This document shows, piece after piece, positions 1-7,300 of a DNA stretch of 64,000 nt. The first letter of the stretch is position 1. Every line of letters begins with the position of its first letter. The position numbers were made by a program, and so were the translations under genes. Source of the DNA: Elusimicrobiota bacterium (lineage in GTDB: Bacteria > Elusimicrobiota > Elusimicrobia > FEN-1173); assembly GCA_052388135.1 (NCBI GenBank), contig JBQTIM010000069.1:4290-68289 (forward strand). Direction: 5' to 3'. Under the pieces are notes generated by a model. It did not search any database, was not told where the DNA came from, and saw only the letters and a list, made by a program, of their open reading frames with translations.

Positions 1-4
1 TAAA

Positions 5-1027
5 ATGGTGGTTGCTCTGCCCGGCAAGATTCTTGGCCTGCCTTATCAGCTCTCGCTTGCGAAGTCTTCCTTGGCCGGAGAAATTTTTACGCTCCTTTCT
101 GGAGATGTCTTTGATAGGCAGCCAGACACGGTTTTTGATTCGAGGTTCGGCAAACCTGCCGTGATAAGCATAAACGGCATGAAGAATAACGAAAGCCATG
201 GCATGGACATGCAGGAGTCCGTAATGGAGGCCTTCGGCGTTGAAAAAATGACGCGCATCGCGAATAACACCCACTGGTTGGGTCTGGGGGATATTCTCCA
301 AATGGTGGGTCACGAACTCTTCAGCGGGTTCGACAAGCCGGCCGTTAATGCGGCTGTGGCCATTCGGCAGGGCATCGAAGAAAAAGGCGAAGTCTACGTG
401 GTGGCCCACAGCCAAGGAACAGCCATATTCGCCATGGCCTTGCGGATGCTCACCAAGGAAGAGCGCTCCAAAATCCACTATTACGGCGCCGGGTCGGAAT
501 GGTTCATAGACGCCGAAAAAGAAGGTATAGCCAGCGCCCGGAATGTCTGGAACAGCCAGGACAAAATCCCGCGCATCAGCAACGATATAAATCCCATGGG
601 ATACATAAGAGGGCGAGGGCTCAGGGGTTGGGAAAAGGGAGGTGCCGGCGTCACCTCTTGGGCGCGTATCAACGAGGACAAAGACGGCAACAACCACCAT
701 TTCTTGACTTATTACCAAAAAGACATGCAGGCTTGGGCTGCTGGAAAAACTTCTGAGTTAGAGAGAAGCTATGCGACAAAAGACGGTAACCCGTTCTTAA
801 AGGCAGGGGCAAATGGCCAGATGGAAATGGTTCGCAATGGTTCTGTTGTCGCTGGGAACGCTTGGCATGGGACGGGTGGACAAAAATTTGAGCGAGGTGA
901 AGCCCTACTCGTTAGTCATGGGCAAGCGGTTCATCAGCAAAGTGGAAACCGCGATATTCCATTTTCAAGGGGAAAGAAAACTATTGATGGACCTGTTCGG
1001 AAGGTCGCCCCTTCCCGATCGGGATGA
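5..1027 (+). CDS. alpha/beta-hydrolase fold lipase/esterase-like protein with a GHSQG nucleophile-elbow motif ('VYVVAHSQGTAIF'). It may be 5'-truncated by the window edge, because the frame is open back to position 2. The segment has much lower GC than the rest of the window.
   Basis: 340-aa ORF in the track. The GxSxG serine-hydrolase motif is read directly from the translation. GC is ~50% against ~66% elsewhere. The last ~70 aa look less protein-like, and a second ORF overlaps from 813. Confidence 0.4.
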   Translation: MVVALPGKILGLPYQLSLAKSSLAGEIFTLLSGDVFDRQPDTVFDSRFGKPAVISINGMKNNESHGMDMQESVMEAFGVEKMTRIANNTHWLGLGDILQMVGHELFSGFDKPAVNAAVAIRQGIEEKGEVYVVAHSQGTAIFAMALRMLTKEERSKIHYYGAGSEWFIDAEKEGIASARNVWNSQDKIPRISNDINPMGYIRGRGLRGWEKGGAGVTSWARINEDKDGNNHHFLTYYQKDMQAWAAGKTSELERSYATKDGNPFLKAGANGQMEMVRNGSVVAGNAWHGTGGQKFERGEALLVSHGQAVHQQSGNRDIPFSRGKKTIDGPVRKVAPSRSG

Positions 1028-1295
1028 GGTGTCGACCTTCCCACATCGTTACGACGACATGATTATCCTGGGAGTGCTTCCGGCGGCCTCGAAATTCAAG
1101 ATAATCGGGATCAGGGAGCAAGGGTCGACCGCCAGCTCTTACACAAATCTATTGGTGGAAATCACGGAATCGAGCAATCCTCACTGGGTAGGCAAGGTGG
1201 TTTCGCCCTTAGGAATGACAACCTACGACCGGCAGACCAACCCGGTTCCCCAGTTCAAGCCCGAATACGTGGAGGAGCTGCCGGCGAAGCCGTAG
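813..1295 (+). CDS. small hypothetical protein with a hydrophobic N-terminus ('MARWKWFAMVLLSLGTLGMG'). The start is uncertain: in-frame Met codons at 918, 987 and 1059 would remove the 215-nt overlap with the upstream ORF.
   Basis: 160-aa ORF in the track with a signal-peptide-like N-terminus. It lies in the same low-GC region as the lipase-like ORF and directly upstream of the giant ORF. Confidence 0.25.
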   Translation: MARWKWFAMVLLSLGTLGMGRVDKNLSEVKPYSLVMGKRFISKVETAIFHFQGERKLLMDLFGRSPLPDRDEVSTFPHRYDDMIILGVLPAASKFKIIGIREQGSTASSYTNLLVEITESSNPHWVGKVVSPLGMTTYDRQTNPVPQFKPEYVEELPAKP

Positions 1296-1315
1296 CGCCT
1301 TCTTCGCGTGGGTTT

Positions 1316-4300
1316 TTGGCGGGAACCGCCAAGGTTTTTGGACGCATAGCGTCCGCCGTGGGGAATTTCTTTGGGCGTCTGTTTGGAAGGCCGGCGGGGG
1401 TTGAAGCGAAGCCGGAAACCATTCCGGCGGGCGTCTCTCCGCGGGAGTCGTTGTCGGCCCCGGCCCGAACTCTCACGGCCGAGGCTTCCCGGCCTGTTTA
1501 TGCCGACGGGCGGGTGTATGACCAGGGGCGGTTCTCTTGGGACGGGGAGGCTTGGCGGCTGGAAGGGCGGGGGCGCGCTCTGGAGAGCGGCTTCAACGGC
1601 ATTCGCGCGGAGGACGGCGGACGCCTGCCGGTCATCGTCGAATCGTCGCCGCAGGGAATTCAGGCCATGGGCATGGACTGGGAGGCCCTGGAAGGGCGCC
1701 GCCTTCTGGTTGAAAAACCCACCCGGCTTCCGGGCGCCGGAACCGTGTTCGCGGGTTCCTTCGACGTCAAGAACGGCGGGTTCCAATTTCACGAAGGCAG
1801 CCTTTACCGCTCCGAGGGCGAGCTTCACGCGCGCTTCGTCACGAAACAGAACGGCGAGCTGGCGCACTTCCCCGCCCGCCTGGAGGGCGATTCCTTCAGC
1901 CTCATCCTGACCGAAACCAAGCTGTCCACGGGGCAAACGGTCGCTTTCGCCGGTTCGCCGCTGACCGGCCGCATCCAGGATGGGCGCGCTTCCTTGAACG
2001 CCGGGCCGGCCGCCGCCCGCGTAAACCTTTCCGATAAGTTCGGCCGAAAGGCCCAGGGCGAGGTGCAGGTGTGGCTGGCGGAAGACGGGCTGAAAATGCG
2101 CGGGCTGGTCTCCGGCCAGACGTCCATCCCCGTTTCCCTGGTGTCCGGGTCTCCCCAAGCGGCGGATTCGGCGGCCGCGGGCGCCGCTCCGTCCGACCTT
2201 CCCGCCGGGCGCTACCGCGTCATGGCCGAGAAGGCGGGCCATTACTTCCTCGAAGGGGAAGTGGCCGTGGCCGAAACCGGCCTGGCGCCCTTCAGCGTCG
2301 ACACGCTGTTCCAGATGGCCCGAGGCGTGGGCTATCGCATGGGCGGCGTGGAGTTCCGGCAGGACGACGCCTTGCCGAATCAATTTTTCAAGCTTACGCG
2401 CCGGGTGGGAATCAGGGCGCCGGAAGGCGGCCGGATGAAAGACCTCTCCACCGGCCACGAAACGATTTTCGGCCCGGCCAACGAGCCCCTCTTTTTCATA
2501 AAACCCGATGAGAACGGAAAGAAGACCGTCCGCTCGGTGCAAGGCCAGGTCCTTCCGGCGGGCGTGCAGACCAACGCGCGCGGCGAAAAAGAGCTGGACG
2601 TCATGCTGGGCCCCGCCCGCCTGCAAGTCTTGCTGGAAACCCAAGACGACAAAACCTCCTACGTTTCCGATAGCCGCTGGCACGCCGCCGGCGACACGAC
2701 GGCCGCCCACGACGGAGTCAACGCCGCCGTCGGCGCCATGACCTTCGACGTGGGCCGCGCGCGCAAAGCCGCCGCGAGCCTCTGGAACCGCGCCGCCGAG
2801 GCCCGCGCCCAGGGCCTCTCCTGGAAAGAAACGGCCGACAGCCTCTGGCAAGAAACCAAAGCCGGCGCCCGGCAGATCTGGAACGAGGACATGGCCGGCC
2901 TTCGGCGCACTCAGCGGCTCGCGGGCCTCTATCTTATGCGGAACGGCATCGGCCTCTTCAAGGCCGGGGTCAACTTCTTCGGCACCAAAAGCATTCCCTA
3001 TTTCCAGCCCGTCCCGGTTAACCTCCTCAGGCATGTCCGCTTGAAGGGATCGTCTGAAAGCGTGGTGGACAAAGCCGAAACCTTCCTGGGCGCGGTGCTC
3101 CACGAGGCGGACAAAAAATACGTCGCGGCCAGGGACCAAGGAAACGAGGAAGTCGGCTTCTACTCCCTGGCCGAGCGCAGAGGCCAGTTCACGGCCCCCC
3201 AAATGCTGGCCCGCGGCGTCGGCCTCGGGGCGGAACAGTTGGGTCAGGGCTTTTTAACCTCTTTCTTCGGCGAAGCCCTTGAGGAATACCGCGGTATGAA
3301 TTTAGACGAGGCGGTTCTTAAAGAAATCAACATCGGTTGGGGCGGAATGAAGGAGTTGGCCAAGGGCGCCTTCACCAATTCCTACAAACAGGCCCCGACC
3401 GTGGTGGAAGCCACCAGGCAGGTCACCACATCCGTCGGCGCCATCGGCCTTATGGCCGTGGTCCCCGGTCGCGGTCTCGCGCGCGGATATCGCGCCGCCT
3501 CCCGCGTCACGGGAATCAGGCGCGTTGCCAGCGGGCTCAAAACCATGGCCGCGGACTCCGTACTCGGCGCGGTTGACATGGTCCTACCTCTCCCCATAGG
3601 CGTGGACGCCGGCGACATGGTCCGGGGCGTCGCGGGCGAATACCGGGCCGGCCGGGTCCGCGAAAGCCTGGGGTTGGGAACCAAAGACAACATCCAAGTG
3701 CTCACCCGGGACGGCCGCTACGTTTACCTGCGCGTCATGGGCGACGACGGCGCCTCCCTGCCGTCCTTGGCGCGCCTGGAGAACCTGGCCCAGCGAGCCG
3801 CCGAGAAGAATTTCGTGCTGGACTTGGAAATCGCCGGCGGCGAATCCGTGGCCCGGCAGCTTGAGGCGCGTCCGGAATACATGGCCGCCCTCAGCCGGGA
3901 AGGCCTGGCCCGCGTCGGCGATTACACCAACGGCCTGAAAAGCGGCGCCGTCAACCTGCGGTCCGCCGCCGTGGCGGAAGAGATGCGCTTCCGCTCTTTG
4001 AGCCTCAAAAAGGAAACTCAATTTCGCCTGGTCGATTCCGAATTGGCCGCCGGCCGGGCCAGAGAAGCGAAGTTAAAATCACTTGAATCCCAAGGGAATG
4101 TGAGGCAAACCGGTGCCTATCTGGCGGAAGCTAAAAGAAATCTTTCGGGGTGGAAGCGGTGGAAAGTCGGGCTCGCCGAGCTCCGGTGGCGTCGAGCCGA
4201 GCGAAGCCTACAGAATCTTGAGCGACGCGCGCAAAGAATTGAAGGAAGCCTATCAGATCACGCAAGAGACGGCGGCCATCCACAGGGAGCGGGAGTTGCG

Positions 4301-7300
4301 CCTCGCACAGGACTTGAAGGACCTGGAGGAGCAAGGTCAGCGCCAAGCCGAGCTGGCCAGGGACTTGAAGGCTTTGAGGGAACACTTCGAAGAGGAAGGG
4401 CGGAAAGCGCGGCAAGAGAAAGAACAAGCGCGGCAAGAGAAAGAACAAGCGCGGCAAGAGAAGCAGCAGGCGCAGCTAAAGATACAGCGTTACGAAGCCT
4501 TAGAGAAGAAATACAACAAGTGGAAACGCGAAATGGCGCGCTTGAAGGACAGCGATCCCGCTTACAAGACGAAATACGAATCGCTCATGAAGGAGAGACA
4601 AGCGCTCGAGGACGAGCTGAAAGCCTTGGAAGGGAAATAAAAGTTTACGACGGCCGGCTGTCCTGGCTCCAGGAGCGCGCGCGCTACCTCACCGAAGACC
4701 CCGCCGGCCGCCGCGTCTACGAAAGCGCCCTCACCCTCACGCCCGACTTCCGGGGCCTCTCCTCGGCCCGCGCCCGCCGGGGAGCCGGCGACGTTTCCCT
4801 GGACAATTTCCCGCTTTCGCCCGACGCTCCCCATCCTCATTCCGCGTTCCAAACGGTCTGGAAGGAATTCGGCCGCCTGGCCGCGGCCGAACGCGGCTCG
4901 TTCCTGATTCCCGAGCGCGGGATATTAAGCGCATTGAAGGATTTCCTGTCCTCTGAAAAAGGGCAAGTCCCGGGGGCTCCACCCCCGGCCCTGGGTGACT
5001 TTTCCTTTGCTCGTCCAAAGGAAAAGTCACCAAAAGGAAAGGACGCCCCCGGCGGCTTGCGCGGGCTGTTTTGGCGGCGGTCCGACACTCCGGCCCCTCA
5101 ACGGCCCATCGGGGCCATCGGGTCGGACCTCCCTCTCCGCCAAACCAACCCGCTCAGAGCGCCGCAGGGGGCCCCGGACGTCAACGACGCGTTGCCTGTG
5201 GATGGATTTTTTGCCCGGGCAATGCAAAGCCGCCATGCGGAAGCTTTCCTCAAGGGGGAAGGGAATTTTGCAGGGCGTAACGCTTACATTACAAAAGCAT
5301 CCGACTTGGATGGCGCAGAGACACCGATTCAAATCGCCGACCGGCTAAAGCTCACCAAGAAAGTGGGGGAGAGTATCGAGCTTTCCAGAGATGCCGACAC
5401 AGTCATAGTTTTCGGATATGATACGCCGACGCGCGCTCCGCCAGATTTGCGGGTCCCGACTCTCGAGGATGGAAGAAGTTATCCATTCACAACTGGAGGC
5501 GCCGCTACGGGCGGAGGGGCCTCTCAGTGGTTAGTAGGCAATGGATCGGTAATGGATTTGCAAGGAAAGGGATTTCGCGTTAAAGAAGTATATTCTGTCA
5601 ATGAGAGCGGGGTGCGATTAGCGTGGAAAACTGTTGCGAATCCAGACGGGACGTACTCGGTGACGGAGAAGGTTTTAACACCACCGAAGAATTCGAAAGC
5701 TACAATCAGCTCCATAAGCTTCTCGAAACGGTTCATCACATCCCTTTCGGAGCTTTTCTCCTCAAATGCAAAAACTGCCAACAGCTCTGGGTTGATGAAT
5801 CGGCTGGAAAGTCAGACAGTCCCGTCTACCGCAAGATCAGTCAGGACCAAGCAAGACTTAAGTTTCCAAACATTCCCCTGGGTTCATGAAGCCATTTCCG
5901 CAGTAAGCAATGCACAAGGCTCCGGGCTGGTTCCCTTTCGAAGCCCGCTTTCTTCGCTCAAATCCTTCGTGGCCCGGGTGTTCCGAAAGACAGCGGGGGA
6001 GGAAGGCGGCCCCGCGGTTCGCTCCACGGGCGGCGCGGACGGGTTAAGCCTTTATCTTCAGGGATTCTCCAAGGAGCTGGGCGAACACCGGGCGCGGTCC
6101 GGCGGTTCCTCCTCCTCTCAAAGCCTTTCCACCGTTCTCGAGGATTTCGGCCGGCGCTTGGAAGACCTCACCACATCCGAAAGCGCCCCCGCCCGCCCCC
6201 GCAGCGACCTTACGGACCCGAAAAGCCTGGAACTCTATTTAAAAGGTTTCGCCAGCGACATTGAAAAACTAACCAGCGACCAGCAGGGCAAGGCCATGAT
6301 CCCCGGCGACGGACCCATGGACGCGCTCAACGCCTACCTGGCGCGGGCTTTCCGGAAAACGGACATGGGCGAAGGCCCCGCCGCGCCGGGCCTTTCCGCA
6401 TCCTACCTCGGGCAAACGCAGTTTCCGCCTTCCGCCGCTCCCTCTTCGCGTTTCGACCGCTCGTCCAACGGATTCATGACCCACAAAGTCCCTCTGCAGG
6501 AGGGCAACCTGGAAGTGGTCTTGGTGCCGTCCAAATCCGCCTACTCGCCGCTCAGGTCCGACGCCGCGCCCGACGCCTGGGACGCGCCGCCCGTTCCCGG
6601 CCGCGACACCTCTTTCCGGCTGGAAGTGAAGCACGGCCCCGACGGCGACGAGATCGTCCTTTCCCGCCCCGGCAAAGGCCTGGCCAGCCTTGAAGACGCC
6701 GGTATCGGCCGGCCCGTGGGACCCGGCCGCATCCGCGTCCAATCCCGCCTGGAGGCCTTCGAGCTCATCCGAAAACAGGAAAGCCTGTCCAAAAACCAAC
6801 TGAACGGCCTCCTGGCCGACCTCAGCCGCGAGCTGGAAGCTTTGGCCAAGAATGAAGAAGGCAAGCTCGGCGCCGGACCGGACCGATCGAAACCCGGTTT
6901 GTTGAATAATGAGAGCGGCCGCTTATCCACGGACATGCTTTTGGCGCCGGTCTTGGCTCCCTGGAAGGCCGCGAAAAAGATTTTTTGGAAGAGCGGAGAG
7001 GCCCTGGAGAGATGGCTTCCGGAAACATGGCGCGCGGCGGCGGCGGAACGGCGCGTCGGAGCCCAGCTGGACGCCTTGGTGGATTTCCGGCTGGATCTGG
7101 AAAAAGGAGGGATGGGTTTTGAGGAAATCGTATCGCGCTATCATGAAATTGCTGGGAGCCGACTCGCTTTGGACGGCGGAGCGGATGGCGGAGCTCTATC
7201 GGGACGACTACGAGGCGGGTCTTCGCCGGTGGAGGCAACTGGGCCGCGTGGCGGAAGAATATCACGTTGGCTGGCTCAACTATCGGAAGCGATTGGAGCG

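Noticed and set aside
1223-3202. Long minus-strand ORFs antisense to well-supported genes. Examples: 1223..3202 (659 aa), 17972..19528, 21244..23091, 30558..33701 (1047 aa), 33872..37597 (1241 aa), 46774..49521 (915 aa), 51523..53760, 55578..58910 (1110 aa) and 62115..63986.
   Set aside because: They are R/G/A/P-rich low-complexity translations lying entirely opposite genes with clear motifs (giant ORF, aspS, patatin, mfd, PPIases/pdxA, rseP/proS, STPK, FecR paralogues, nusA/infB). High-GC DNA generates long stop-free antisense frames by chance.
4407-4469. CRISPR array
   Set aside because: The only tandem repeat is a 21-bp x3 array without spacers, lying inside a coding frame. No other direct-repeat/spacer array was seen anywhere in the window.
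4972-5177. Interpretation of the structured repeat as a tmRNA/tRNA gene or 3'-end fragment (an integration target)
   Set aside because: It contains GGGGCUCCACC-like and GGUUCGAGC-like strings, but they are at the wrong ends and in the wrong orientation for an acceptor/T-arm arrangement. There is no tag-peptide reading frame, and neither 3' end reads CCA. The element is therefore kept as an unclassified structured repeat.
4995-5348. Small ORFs 4995..5348 (+) and 29838..30173 (+) that share the peptide 'GGPT(L/F)RPLN(G/S)PSGPSGR'
   Set aside because: The shared peptide is simply the translation of the conserved repeat nucleotide sequence in an arbitrary frame. Both ORFs are R/P-rich and lack a coding signature.
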